A DNA stretch of 64,000 nucleotides, taken from positions 2,480,001 to 2,544,000 of the forward strand of contig JAUPSS010000002.1 in assembly GCA_040285825.1 (NCBI GenBank), read 5' to 3'. This stretch comes from Eukaryota sp. TZLM1-RC (taxonomy: Eukaryota; Protista; Metamonada: BaSk clade). Made by a program: the position numbers and the translations under genes. Shown here in pieces: positions 11,944 to 24,328 of the stretch (its first letter is position 1; every line of letters starts with the position of its first letter). The notes under the pieces are model-generated. The model did no database searches, was not told where the DNA came from, and worked only from the letters and a program-made list of their open reading frames with translations.

Positions 11944-12992
11944 AATTAACTTAGAAAAGGGGTTGCCTGACAGAAATGTTTACTACTTGATATATAACAA
12001 AAAATTTGAGTATTAAATACGCTCATTGTATTAGAATTAATTCTATTTATTCTTCCAGAGAGAGGAAAAGGTGAAAGTGTATCGGAAAAGGTATCAATAA
12101 ATTTGACAATATTGAAAACATTGGGGATAATAAAAATATTAAAATCATTCATTACAATGAAGACACAATCATTGTTAACTGAGGTTGAATCAGTTACGAC
12201 TCTGAATTCAGTATCATTAAAGAAAAATAATAGACCAATCATGTTTTTAGAAAATAATCAAGACATCCACCAAAAGATGTTTTACCAATAAAAAATTCAT
12301 AATTTGCATGTCCGAAATTGACCAATTAACAACTGGCAAAATTATCGAGTTTAGCAGAAAGGAAAGAGGTATCCACAGTAGAATTCACAATTTTTAAAAT
12401 AGATTCTCGAAACACAGTTTTATTAGAAGTAGCAAACTCAAAATGTTGAAAGTAAATTAAAAAGGTTATAATGAAATCAGCTAGCAAGTAGATAGTTGAA
12501 TTTAACGAAACCAGCATAGTCAAAGTAACTAATACTGATAGAATAATCAAAACCGGTGGACTCGATTACTAACTTACCATTCTTTACAATAAAATAATAT
12601 ATTACTGGAGGCATGATCGAAATATAGTGATAACAATATGTACAAATAAACAATTATCAGATAAAACATTCATTATTTCAAGTTACCAGATATCTTGGGA
12701 ACATTTATAGTTATTAAATTCAAATGTACCTTCTAAAAATTTACTCCTTCTTGAATTTTTGATCGGACTTTTTGAATGGAGAATGAATGGTGGGTAACCC
12801 TCTTACACCACTTGATCATTATAATAACCCTTCTCATTACTTTAATCAATCACTTTCCGCTACACAACTATTAACCTTGAGACCGCTTTCATGCATTCAT
12901 ATATTCCTACATACCCTCCTGTCGATCCAATTCCAAATGAAAATGAAGCAGGCTATTTATGACCCAAATGTGCTGCTCAAGTAAGTTGCTGG

Positions 12993-13300
12993 AGGTCCAC
13001 AATACCCAATAATGGCATTGGTGTATCTGCCAAGCAGGTGATTTTTCCCCAATCATTAATATTGTGGTATGGCGAAGTCAAAATTGACATGAAAGCAGTT
13101 AATGACTGTCGACACAGGATGTATATTCCTGAAAATTATTTTGGCTATACATGGACTATTGATGAAAGAAACCATGTTCATGTTGATGCTAGCCGCAAAC
13201 TTTACGATTATGGTCCAGGATGAATGGTCAATGCCACATCTGAAAAACAATGCAATGTTTATGCAATTGTTGAAGATGTCACAATCAAAACGTTATTAAT
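12993..13300 (+). pseudogene. SET-domain remnant
   Basis: RSTIPNNGIGVSAKQVI.....I.WYGEV, Y...ID...VDAS and GPG*MVNA follow SET motif order; in-frame stop at 13221-13223. Confidence 0.55.
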
Positions 13301-13359
13301 GAAGAAGAAGTCATTAATGTCATTGCACATCGTGCACGCCGAAGAATTGAAGGTTTTTT

Positions 13360-14290
13360 TTTAAAATTTTTAATTTATTACTTTAAAACAATTCAACACA
13401 AAAATAAAAATTCTAAATCTTCATATCCCACATCAGCCAACAAAAATTGACTGGAAGTTTTTCCTTCATAAAAGCGATCAAAAGATAACAAAACAGAAAA
13501 CAGTAACGGTAAAACACCTTTAAAACTTGAAAATACAATTCTGTTCTGCCAAAACGTTTTGTCAAAAATTCTTCCTGAACGTTGTTTTACAATTTCAACA
13601 AAATCATCCAAAAAAGATAAAGCAAGTGGTCCAAGTGTACCATTTAAGGAGAAAGCAAATGGACAAAAGACATAATGAGTGTGAGATTCAGTATTCAAGG
13701 AAACCAACTTTGTTTTATATTTATCAATTTTAGAATTTTTGGCAACAGACAACAGATTCTTGTGTTTTGACTGAGCTAATGGTATGAAAAAATTATTACA
13801 CACATCAGTTGCTCTCACATCAGTAATGATAGTGGTCCCATCAAGTCCTTCAAGCATTAAATTACCTCTGTTACGACCAAAAGAATTCAAAGTGTCCTCA
13901 TCAACCAAACGAGAAAGTAATGGTTCCAAATAGGAGACAATTTTGTGAGACTTAAACATACAATAGAGCTAATCTCTAACTGCATCATGGACTTTTGATC
14001 GAAAAGTGATAAAATGTTTACAGTTAAACAAATGATTTGGAGAAATTTTCGATTCACATTTGCAAACCAAATTATGAGGAACGTTATTAGGCCAAATAAA
14101 ACATCGAAGGCGAATTGTACAAGAAAATGTGGTATCATCTACAAGAAGTCCATAATTTTAGGAATTTGAGAAATTATACCAGACGAAGAACTATGTTGAG
14201 CCTCTAACAAAAAATTTGAGAAAGCGGAATATCTTTTCTGACCGAGCCAAGACGAACATTAAAATCCAAGCCTTCACAAATTATTGATAA
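13360..14290 (-). mobile_element. Non-LTR RLE retrotransposon 3' fragment, family B
   Basis: HLFNCKH..HDAVRD, EPLL, RG(D/N), DVRATD, K..KY and PFAFSL.G; close match to 26390-27250. Confidence 0.85.
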
Positions 14291-14789
14291 TTTTTTTTGC
14301 ACAGAAATTGTAGAATTGAAAGTGATGAAGAGTTGTTTGTTTCGTATTGGCATCAAGGTGCTTATTTGTCCAAACTGCATTTGTGGTTTGAATCGTACTA
14401 CTGTTACTCCATCTGAAAAGTTTATGCGTTTTGTTGTAAATTGTTTTATCTTTTTTATGAATGAATAATAGTTTTTTTATCATAATGATCTAGTTGAATA
14501 ACAGAATAAAACTTTTTTTAACAATCACATGGAGGTTTTTTAAACCATTTAAAAGATCTATGTATGACACCGACATGTGTTACGTGATCCTTGCACAAGG
14601 TCATGGTGTTTCTATTTTAGTTGAGTCCTTTTTCTATACTTTTTATGCAAAATCATCAGCATTGAGCTATGAAAACTTTGACCTGCTCTCTTCGTCAGGT
14701 GTTTACCATAATGATCCTCTTGGTCCTTTTACTTTTTGTTTGGCGACATGAGATATCAGAAATGACGATATTTTTATTGAAATTCTTTT

Positions 14790-14960
14790 AGCAGATTTTG
14801 AAATGAAAAAGATGTCCATCCTCTCTTTGCAGCAGTGGCCAAGGACTATTTATCGATACATCGCACCGTGTATTCTATTCTTTAACGGGTTTTTCAATTG
14901 GAGGAGATATTGCTTTTTGTACAACGAGAGGACAAGGTGATGAATAGACTATGTTTGAAA
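14790..14960 (+). mobile_element. hAT transposase C-terminal dimerization-domain remnant
   Basis: Translates as HPLFAAVAKDYLSI...(R)VFSIGG, like FPRLARMARDYLSI...SLFSLAG in the hAT at 56707-57237. Confidence 0.5.
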
Positions 14961-15039
14961 ATGGAACTGCAAAATGACCTTAATTCAATCATTAGAAGAT
15001 TGGAGATAGCTGAGTTTCGTCCCATTTTTTTATACATTT

Positions 15040-15720
15040 CTTTATCGAACAAGGAATAAAATATCATCAAATACACAACTAAAGCTCCACATCCTCAAAA
15101 CCTGCCTCCTTTACAACGAGACAGTCAATTACTAAAGATTCAGAAAATTTTCCAAAAGAAGAGTGTGAATCAGCAATGAATTTCACCTTTCCTTTAATAA
15201 TAAAAAATACAATACCGTTTTGCCAGTAAACACGATAAAAAATTCTTCCATTTCTTTCCTTTACAACTACCTTAAAATTCTCCATGAAAGCCATAGCAGC
15301 CTTACCTAAAAATCCAAGCAAAGAAAAAACACAAGGAAATATATTATATTTGACATAAGACTTTTCATTGACAGAAGATAGAGGTTCCGCATTTTAACAA
15401 TTTTGTATTTGTCGCCAGCAAGAAGAGTATTGTTGACATCTGAATTAATGAAATGTTCGTTAGAGGAATTACAAGGGCCTATGGACATGGCATCTAAAAT
15501 ATTAAAACTACCATTTAAGACGGGAATAACCGTATTACCTCTTGTAAGACCCATAGAAGCTCTGTTTTAGCGCGTCCTATCAATATTGGGGCCATCGAGA
15601 ATTAATTTGATAGCAAAGGCTCTAAAAAGGAATCTACTCGATATGATTTGCACATTACATAAATTTGGTCCCTGTCATTATTATGTACTTTACATCTAAA
15701 TGTAATGAAATGTTTACAAT
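15040..15720 (-). mobile_element. Non-LTR RLE retrotransposon 3' fragment, family C
   Basis: Matches 47170-47880 (GLxRG, LDAMSIGPC, RVYWQN). Confidence 0.85.
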
Positions 15721-15869
15721 TCGTCCCATTAGTTATGAGTTTAATTTTGTTAAGTGTACAGGTTTAATAAATATAAATAACATAATTGAGTATTTTACAA
15801 TTTTATTAATTTTACAGAAATAATAAAAATAAAATAATAAAACAAACTAAAACACATAAGAAACAAAAT

Positions 15870-16140
15870 TCTCCACGCCAACTCTTGATGAATCCTTATA
15901 CAGCTTGGACATCATTTAACTCAAATACTTGGGAACACTTCTGTACAAAGCGAAAATGATACGATTCTTCCATAAATTCCCTGCAAAATTCTTACCACTT
16001 GAACGACATAAATTACCAAAATCATTGATAAAATTCAAGGCGGACTGTCCAATGTTGCCAAAAATCGAAAAGGCAAAATGAACAAACGAAAACTTCGAGT
16101 AAAGATTCTTATTTAAATCATTTAATATAGTATTTTACAA
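15870..16140 (-). mobile_element. Degraded non-LTR RLE 3' fragment
   Basis: Reads roughly FVHFAFSIFGNIGQSA...NRIIFA, similar to the other RLE C-termini. Confidence 0.55.
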
Positions 16141-16348
16141 TAGTTCTTATTCTGCATTTAGTGTAGTTCTGGTATTCTAATTGTAACATTGGTTTAGTGT
16201 TAATAAAGAAATCATGAGCCTAGTCTTATTTTGAGAGTGCAACATCTGATTGTCCACTTGATGATACAGTACTTGATACTAACTAATCAACACTAAAAGG
16301 ATATCTGCTTTAATCTTCAAAAGCCATCAAAACCAACAACTTTCTTCA

Positions 16349-18034
16349 ATGCAGATAGACATCTCCGCCTCTTATCTTCTCGAGAATGGAGAAGACCCTG
16401 TGCCCCTCTATGTCAGTAGAGAAGAGTTGGAACAAGCTGAGAATACAATCTCTCAACTCAAAAAAGAAATAGCTCAACTTGAACTGTCGCTTGAAGATTT
16501 ACGGGTAACTGAATCGGCCCTGAGAACTGATCTTTACCATATGGAAGATCAATTGAGTAAACAAAAGAGTCTCAAAATTCAGGATCAACAAGCATTTGAA
16601 GAATGCAAGAATCAGTTTAATTCAGAAATCACCACATTGAAACAAACAATTGGAACATATTCTGAAGAAAACAATTCTCTTACGTCACAGTTGAGTACAC
16701 TAACCACCAAACACACAGAGCTTCAGAAGCTATTGACCACCCTAAAGAAGGAGCTTTCAAGTTGCCAAGCTGATGCTGATGCTTCAAAGAATGAGGTAAA
16801 GGCCTTAAGAAATGAAACAACTCAACTTAGGTCCCAAATTCAACAGCTACAACACAACAATAATGAACTTTCTCGCCAAATACGAGCCTCAGAAAAAGCT
16901 TTCGCTGAATTCAAACAGACTAATAATAGAAAAATCCATGACTTGGAGAAAACATTAAAACAAAACGAAAAAGAAAGCGAAAAAGAAAAAAAGAGTCTAT
17001 CCAAGCAAGTAAATGTTTATCAGCAGCAAATTAATCAGTTGACTACTTCAATGGAAAAGTATGATGAAAGTCTTGCTAAATACAAGAATCAATTAGTGCA
17101 AACCCAGGCAAAACTTTCAAAGGTCAATGATGAAAAAGCACAGAGTGAAAAAGTCTTGAGAGACTGCTTTGAAAGGGAAGTTGAACAGTTGAAGGGGGAA
17201 ATAGTAGCTCAAAAACAGAAAATTTTGAACCTTTCAAGAGAAAAAGAGCAACTGGAGAGCTATATTAGGACCTTAGAATCTGAAAGAGCTAAAGAAAGGG
17301 GTCAATTGAGTTCAAATTTAACAACATTGAAACAGTCAATCAGTCAAAAAGAAAAGGAAACAGCTCAAAAAGAAAAGCAACTTGGGGAACTTAATGAACG
17401 TCTTATGTCCAGTCAACGAAAAATTAATCACCTAATGGTTGAAAAAAAGGAAATATTTGATGAGCTGAAAGAAACAAAGAAGCAGAATTCTAAAATGTTG
17501 ACCGAAGTTGCTGCACTGAAAAAGCTTACATCCAAAAGACAAAGACATCCGGTCCATATTTCAATTGTTAGTGATCCCATTGAATTATTTGAAACAATCT
17601 TTTGTTCAGTTGGCCGCTCTGCTGGTGTTCTGAAATGCTTAATGTCAACGGAGTACGTTGATGGACACCAGTTGTTTGATTTGATGGTGAAATATTCACT
17701 GACTTTGGTAAACATTACTTTATCCACAGGATTTCAAGTTTGTTTGTTTATTTCGCTAAAAAGAAACAGAGAACTTAGTTGCCCGATTCAAATCTATTTA
17801 CTCAAAGATAGTCAATACTGTCGTTGTGACCAGCTTAGTAACTGCGACTATGCAGGAATCACTGTTAATGGTCATTCCCTTGAAATTTTAGGGTTGGTGC
17901 TAAACGGTTATTGCTGTGTCCTTTCTCAATTCGAGGAGTGTTTTACACAAGGATTTACCATGGAAGAAGTTACAGGGTCTAGGGTTGGTGTTGGTGAGAT
18001 TGGCAAAGTACAAGTGTTTACAGTTTCTAATTAG
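16349..18034 (+). CDS. Long coiled-coil protein with a globular C-terminal domain
   Basis: 561-aa ORF; about 380 aa of E/K/Q/L heptad-rich sequence. Confidence 0.8.
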   Translation: MQIDISASYLLENGEDPVPLYVSREELEQAENTISQLKKEIAQLELSLEDLRVTESALRTDLYHMEDQLSKQKSLKIQDQQAFEECKNQFNSEITTLKQTIGTYSEENNSLTSQLSTLTTKHTELQKLLTTLKKELSSCQADADASKNEVKALRNETTQLRSQIQQLQHNNNELSRQIRASEKAFAEFKQTNNRKIHDLEKTLKQNEKESEKEKKSLSKQVNVYQQQINQLTTSMEKYDESLAKYKNQLVQTQAKLSKVNDEKAQSEKVLRDCFEREVEQLKGEIVAQKQKILNLSREKEQLESYIRTLESERAKERGQLSSNLTTLKQSISQKEKETAQKEKQLGELNERLMSSQRKINHLMVEKKEIFDELKETKKQNSKMLTEVAALKKLTSKRQRHPVHISIVSDPIELFETIFCSVGRSAGVLKCLMSTEYVDGHQLFDLMVKYSLTLVNITLSTGFQVCLFISLKRNRELSCPIQIYLLKDSQYCRCDQLSNCDYAGITVNGHSLEILGLVLNGYCCVLSQFEECFTQGFTMEEVTGSRVGVGEIGKVQVFTVSN

Positions 18035-19109
18035 TAGGCTTTGAATGGTCGTTTTGTGTTTATAAATGGGTTTCATGTTGTTTGTTTGGCGGTGCATTAT
18101 TCAAAATAACTTCTTGACAATGACGTCTACTGAAAATTTTTTTTGATCATTCAACAATTTTTTAGGTAAATACAAGTTTTTATTCTATTCATTGCGTTTG
18201 CACCATTGATATGTCTTTTTGACAACACAAATTGTGCTCAGTATATAACATTATTCCTCCAAAAAATATGGAAATTGATCCCTTAAAGATATTTTGTTAA
18301 TTTCTGGTAGGCTTTTCTCAATTACAGCATGGTAGAAACAACAGACCACAAATTTTAGTAGTACTGAGCATCTTTCTCTTGTTCGAAATGTGTCACCAAA
18401 GTGATGAACTGATTTCTTTAGGGTCGTCAAGTGTCTGGGTTTGGAAAAATTCTAGTGTCAATTTGTAACGATTGACTTGACTTCACAGCTTTTGTGTTTT
18501 ATAATTCTATGCAAGTTTTGTAAGATATATATTTGTTCATAAATTGAACCAAAAATTTCAATTCAATTTGAAAGCAAAAATTTGTAAATCAACAAAAAGA
18601 TACACGTTTCATTGAATTTTTTTGTAATGTAACATTTTATCGATTTTATTTATTTTTACTACCTTTGGGTTTGTTTCAGTAATTCAAAAATCCAACTACA
18701 GGTCAAGTCATTGACTTCCAACCTGAGTCACAAATCCTTTGACAACACTTAATTCATTTATAAAAAAACTATATTGAAATGAATAAACAGAAGAGACTTC
18801 TCATGGATGATGAATCCTCGACCTTGCAGTACAAAATTCAACTGTTCTGACTCTGACAACAATTTCATCATCTAATTTATTGATTTTGATTTGATATGCT
18901 CATGAATTGGAAATGGAAGACATATTGAAAGTGAAATGGTTTATATGAAGCAATTGACGATAAATCACCATGCTGTAATATCGCCTGAATGAGGTGGTCT
19001 ATTTTCTGTAACTCCATAGTAAATGAAGAAATTACAGTTTATTGGCTGAATCAAAATGCAGTTCAGGTAATAATTATCAATTTCCAAAACAAGACTCTTT
19101 TTAAATTCA

Positions 19110-19605
19110 TGAACTATTAATTTATCGAATAAAGAAAATAAAAAATCATCAAAAGACAACTAAAGCTCCACATCCTCAAAACCTGCCTCCCATACGTCGA
19201 AACAGTTAATTACTAAAGATTCAGAAAATTTCCTAAAAGAAGAAAGTGAATCAGAAATAAATTTCTGATGCCGTTAGCCAGAAATACCAAAGATGAAAAG
19301 AATAAAAGAGAGCTTTATTAATAAAGATACTTGTTCTTGAACAAGTGCCACTTCATCACGTGAATTCCTCATCTGTCTACCAGCCGAGTTTATCAGTAAC
19401 AACAACATATCACCATTCCCTTAAAAATAGAAAATACTGTCCTGTTTTGCCAGTAAATGCTATTGAAAATTCTTTTAGTTCTTTCCTTTACAACTAAAAT
19501 GAAATCCTCAAGGAAAGCCATAGCAGCCTTACCTAAAGATCCGAGCAAAGAAAAAACAATGGGACATAAATTTTATTGGGCATGAGAATTTTCATTGACA
19601 GAACA
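19110..19605 (-). mobile_element. Non-LTR family C 3' fragment, interrupted by a solo LTR
   Basis: Matches 15040-15380 and 47520-47870 on both sides of 19266-19407. Confidence 0.8.
19266..19407 (-). mobile_element. Solo LTR related to the mini-LTR element at 21706
   Basis: Termini TGATGCCGTTAG...ACAACAACA are the reverse complement of the 21706 LTR ends. Length 142 bp, with an imperfect 4-bp TSD tttc/tatc. Confidence 0.75.
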
Positions 19606-19674
19606 ACACTTGGTGATGAAGTTTACTCATTCAAAGTATTCTGTCCATACATCATCACCATTCCATGGACTTGG

Positions 19675-20003
19675 ATTTGAAGTATTGATGATTAAGGAAG
19701 CTTTCACTTCAGCAAAGTATCCTGTTTGTTTTAAAAAGGTTGCTACGTTTTTGAGAGTGCTATAGAAGAGAAAAGACTCTAGTTACTGCATGTCATGGTT
19801 TACTAGCTTGTAACAGTGAGAGTTGCAAACTCAGTAACAAAGGCTCAACAAAGCTCTTCACTGGAAATAAGCTGGCTTGTTTGAATTTGTTTGTGATTGC
19901 TGAACCCAGAATGAGTGGTAATGAAAGGCCTCAGTATCTGTGTAATAGATAGTTATGGTAATTATTCCGCACGAAATTAGATCGTGTATTTATGGGAATT
20001 TCC
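19675..20003 (+). pseudogene. 3' fragment of Fanzor family 1 with its conserved downstream segment
   Basis: Aligns to 2977-3320 (GFEVLMIKEAFTSAK...CHGLLAC...GNKLACLN...ERPQYLC). Confidence 0.85.
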
Positions 20004-20094
20004 CATATATAAATAAATATAAATAATTAGCAATTATTGCTCTCACTAAACCTATCTAAACTCACCACATCAATCTGACAACCTCAACAGCCAC

Positions 20095-20688
20095 ATGACT
20101 TACGATCAATTTGAAGTAGCTGTACATGACAATCGCATTGATGCTCAACGACCGTCCATGATTAAAAATGTTTTCTCAATGCGTGAATGGGATGAACTCT
20201 GCGAAGAATTGAATGAACGACTCTCAAAGCGCAACTGGACTTTTGTTCCTGTCACTGCATTAGGTTTCATCTTATTTTTTGGGTTCTTTGTTGGATTCAT
20301 CGGCTTTGAACCTATTCCTTGGGGACTTGTTATTGGATTTGGTTCATTTTTCGCTTCTGGACCATTGATTGCTCTCGGTATGACAATGATGCAAAAATCA
20401 TATGATCGTGCTTACAAAGATTCGGCTGCCTGGATCAGGAGAACTATCAACGCTGCTGTCGAATCCCGTGGCCTCTTCTTTAAACTAGAAATTGGCAAGA
20501 AGAGAACCTTTTTGGTTATACAACTCCAGCACAATCCACCCTCGCAGCAACAGCAGCAGCAGCAGCAACAATATATGCCCACACACAGTGTCGCTCCTTC
20601 CCAACCAGCCATCCACCAACCACCTCAGATCCAACCTCCTACAATGTACAGTGGAAAGGAAACCGTTCCCGATGTTTTTATTCCCTAA
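20095..20688 (+). CDS. Small two-TM membrane protein with polyQ/Pro tail, possibly Erf4/GOLGA7-like
   Basis: EWDELCEELNERL, two hydrophobic helices, IN....RGL and a CAG repeat. Confidence 0.7.
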   Translation: MTYDQFEVAVHDNRIDAQRPSMIKNVFSMREWDELCEELNERLSKRNWTFVPVTALGFILFFGFFVGFIGFEPIPWGLVIGFGSFFASGPLIALGMTMMQKSYDRAYKDSAAWIRRTINAAVESRGLFFKLEIGKKRTFLVIQLQHNPPSQQQQQQQQQYMPTHSVAPSQPAIHQPPQIQPPTMYSGKETVPDVFIP

Positions 20689-20924
20689 TTTATCTCAATT
20701 GTTTATTTTTAGCTTTGTTTTCATTTGTTGTATAATTACGTAGTCGTTAAATCTTTCTTCATTTTGAACTTATTTTATGTGTTTTGAAAGTAACAAGACA
20801 AATGAATACACTCTCTATACCTTGACGTTGTCAGGGGAAAAATCAGATTGGCTATTAAATGAATTCAATTGACTTATTTAATTATTCATTTGCATTATTG
20901 GGTGCCCAATTCTAGATCTTCAAC

Positions 20925-22612
20925 CATTATTATTAAAAAAATGTGTGAGCGAGAATAAGTCATCAGATTCATCACTATTTGTCACCATTGTGCCACGAAG
21001 ATTTGGGATTTGTGCCTATAATGAAGGTTGTGTAACAAAAATGAAATTTGATTTGAATATCCCTATTGACCAAATTCTATTAAAAGAAAGAAGAATCTAA
21101 TTGATCACAGCTCGCCTTACTGTCATGCATTAAATTGTCCCAAATTGATAATTTACCGTTCTTCATTGCATGATGCTGTCAGGGACAATGTTTTTTATAT
21201 GGCAAGAATTGCAAGAATCTCGTGTATTAGGAGCCTTTGCTTAGAGGAAAACTGTCATTAAATAATCTTGGTTCTGATGACAGAGGTGATATATACTGTG
21301 ATTGGATTGATGACGCTGAAGCTGTTGTTGATTTTGTCACCTGTAATGTTGATAAAGACACTTTGGTTCAAACAATGAAACTTATTCCTGTGGAAGCTCT
21401 TGAATTTGAAGTGAATGAGAAACATTGAAAATATGACCAAGATAGCGAAGAAGCTAATATTGATAGAATCAGACCACTTGTTTTTATTGCTTTTCCATTT
21501 TCTATAAACGAAAGACTATCAGTAGATGCAGAAATTTTTTTGAATGATTTCCAAAAATTGGTTCAAGAAAAAACAATGAAGAGGTCGGACGTCTTTTTGT
21601 GACGGTTGCAGATTCAATTTGCGTATTTTAATAGGTTACTTCGGATTTTTTAGCGAATAGGAGAAGCAATGGCAAGAAAACAAGCAGATCAATATTTTGT
21701 AGAGGTGTTGTTGTCGAACTTAAATTGAATTAGTAGGTATCTTTGTATTTTGACTGATGACGTGATACTCGTTTATGAATCAGTTTTATTAATAAACTTA
21801 GATTTCTCTCTCTCCCCTTCGTGTGTTCATCTGCCTAACGGCATCATTAATTATTGGCCCTTCTTATTTCAGATGACTGTTCCCTCTGTTAACCTGACGT
21901 CTCTTTCTTCCATGAAAGTTGAAAGTGTTCTTCTGTTCCTATAGGAGTGAAAGATTTATTCTTCGGTGACTCCTAAGAAAGAGCTTGTTCCAGCAAGACT
22001 CTTGGTCGATTCTTTTCTGTTAGAGTCCCTATCTCTCCAGAAATCCGACGTCTCATCCAGTGACGATGTTCTTCTCAGACATCTACAATCTGTCGTATCG
22101 TTCGTCACGTACGAAGATTTTAGTCGGGCTATGTCAGAACTGAAGCTTGATGTCCGTATTGGTGACGTCCGAGAACGCATGTCCTGTTACCTGCGACGTT
22201 TCCTCCAGGTAAAGAGTAGGGCTTCCGGACTGAAGTTGCCAGACATAGCTTTTCTGAACCGATTTGCCAGAGGAATTCTTCCCGTAGGTCTCCAACGTTC
22301 TCATACCAACGATGCACCGGAGTATTTAACAAACCCCATATCTTCCCTCTATTGAGCCAGTACTGTATTTGTCCTCAGAAAAATGGGAAAAAGTAGTGTT
22401 GTTGTCGAACTTAAATTGAATTAGTAGGTATCTTTGTATTTTGACTGATGACGTGATACTCGTTTATGAATCAGTTTTATTAATAAACTTAGATTTCTCT
22501 CTCTCCCCTTCGTGTGTTCATCTGCCTAACGGCATCAGAGGAAATTTTGGTTCATTGAACTTAGTCCCGTTAGTCCTGATTTAATTTGATTAAGCATAGT
22601 AGTTCAATAAAA
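20925..22612 (+). mobile_element. Diverged family A non-LTR 3' fragment, interrupted by the mini-LTR element
   Basis: HALNC..LHDAVRD, DDRGD and DFVTCNV; the sequence resumes after 22537. Confidence 0.8.
21706..22537 (+). mobile_element. Non-autonomous mini LTR retroelement (TRIM/TR-GAG-like) with a gag remnant
   Basis: Two apparently identical 141-bp TG...CA LTRs (21706-21846, 22397-22537), GAGG TSD and a polypurine tract. The internal ORF resembles the gag at 27923. Confidence 0.9.
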
Positions 22613-23659
22613 ACAACATTTTTGAATAGATCATGATTGCAATAAAGATAGAAAGATGCAATCTACAATGCACACGTGTACGTGTTGCATACACTGAGGC
22701 GAGAGAACAATTCTCGTCTACTTTATTCAACTGTTGGCTACAAATTCCACGATTTTCATTGTGGTCACACAAAACCACCATTGAGAAGTCAATTGAACAC
22801 AAATTAGAACTAAAGTAATGGTACAAAAGATCAGAACACAAAATTATTATAAATATTGTTTACTGTCATTCTGTGTTAAGTAATTGTCATTAAATTGCTA
22901 ATTAAAACCCTCAGCATTGCTTTCAAAATGGCTACAATTTTGTAGTGGTTAGAGATGAGTGTGACCTAATTTCTAATTTTGTTTGACCATTGATCAAACT
23001 ATTAGCAACTTTTTCGGTTGTTATGGTTATAACAAATGTTGATTAGTTTATTTTACTGTTTTATTATTTTACTTTTTTCATTATTTTATTATTTTATTTT
23101 TATTATCATTTTTTTGTCTAACAAAAACACGTATTGTTTTTGATGGCACAATGGGAGAAATTCACCGAACACTTGAATACTTCAACAGTCCATGACATCC
23201 ATGACATGGTTTAAACGGTGTTTTTCAACACTTTTAGTGTTTATTTTGTTTGCTTTAATCTTTGTTTCAGGCACATTCTCAAAGCAAGAGGGACACCTGA
23301 TGAAAAGAGGGACACAAGATGTATGACCTTCATCTATGAAAACCTATAACCTATGGTTATCATGTACCTTTCAGAGGACACAAACTTTACAGCCGGTTTC
23401 ATTCGATTTTTTATCTGGATTTGTGGTAGTTGACAGTTTTTGAACTGTATTGATGTTGATCCTCAATGGTGATTATGAGATCTTGCCTATTACTATGACT
23501 GTGTCACACAGCCAAATGTAGCCCAATTATTTTCTATTGAAAAAAATGGAACGCTGCTGTTGTCAGGCTAGTAGGTTATTGTTCAACTAAATGTAGAAAA
23601 CCTCAACAACGGTTCGTAATCATGTATCACATCCTACTAGTTCTCTGTACACAGTTCTA

Positions 23660-24328
23660 ATGGACGACGCTCCCTACTGTAGTTTTTGTCTAGAGTCTGA
23701 AAATGAGCTACAATGGATCAATCTGCCGTGTGCTCATAGTTATCATCAGCAGTGTTTACTCCGCTGGTTGCATCATGGAAAATCAACGTGTCCTCTATGT
23801 CTGCGCCAGTTTGCAATCAACAAATTGTTCCCTTCTCCTATGTTCAAAGTATACAACATATCGGTCAGCTGTCAGCCTAGTCCTGAGGGCCTCTCATTGA
23901 GGCCTTATGGATGGTTCAACGTTCAACTTCGAGTTGTTCCACTCACAAAAGGTATTAAAATAAGAAAAATCAGTTACTACTTTCATCCAGCATTCTCTAT
24001 TCCAATGGTCACAATGAAGAGGGACCCTTATGATTTGCTTGTAAAACTTTGCTCGAGCGATGTGGTTGTTGTGATCTCGATTGTCTACAAGTACAAGGGT
24101 GTCATTCAGGAATTGAACATTCTACACAGGTTATTGAAAGAACCTGCGATGAGAGTTTACATTGGTGATTATTTCAACGGAGATGAACAGTCTTCAGAAA
24201 TAACTAGTCCTGAAACTTATTTTGAACCACTGTTGAGTCTTTACCAGAGACCCAACGATTATTACCAGCAAAATAATAAGCAACGACAAGAGAGAAGGGG
24301 CTGGGGTTTGTTTAAGCTGTTTAGGTGA
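23660..24328 (+). CDS. RING-H2 finger plus YEATS-like domain protein
   Basis: C-x2-C...LPCAHSYH..CL..W......CP.C, then IRKISYYFHPAF..P.V....PY.L. Confidence 0.8.
   Translation: MDDAPYCSFCLESENELQWINLPCAHSYHQQCLLRWLHHGKSTCPLCLRQFAINKLFPSPMFKVYNISVSCQPSPEGLSLRPYGWFNVQLRVVPLTKGIKIRKISYYFHPAFSIPMVTMKRDPYDLLVKLCSSDVVVVISIVYKYKGVIQELNILHRLLKEPAMRVYIGDYFNGDEQSSEITSPETYFEPLLSLYQRPNDYYQQNNKQRQERRGWGLFKLFR

Noticed and set aside
23285-23320. CTGATGA within a short direct repeat as a hammerhead ribozyme
   Set aside because: The required stems could not be formed.
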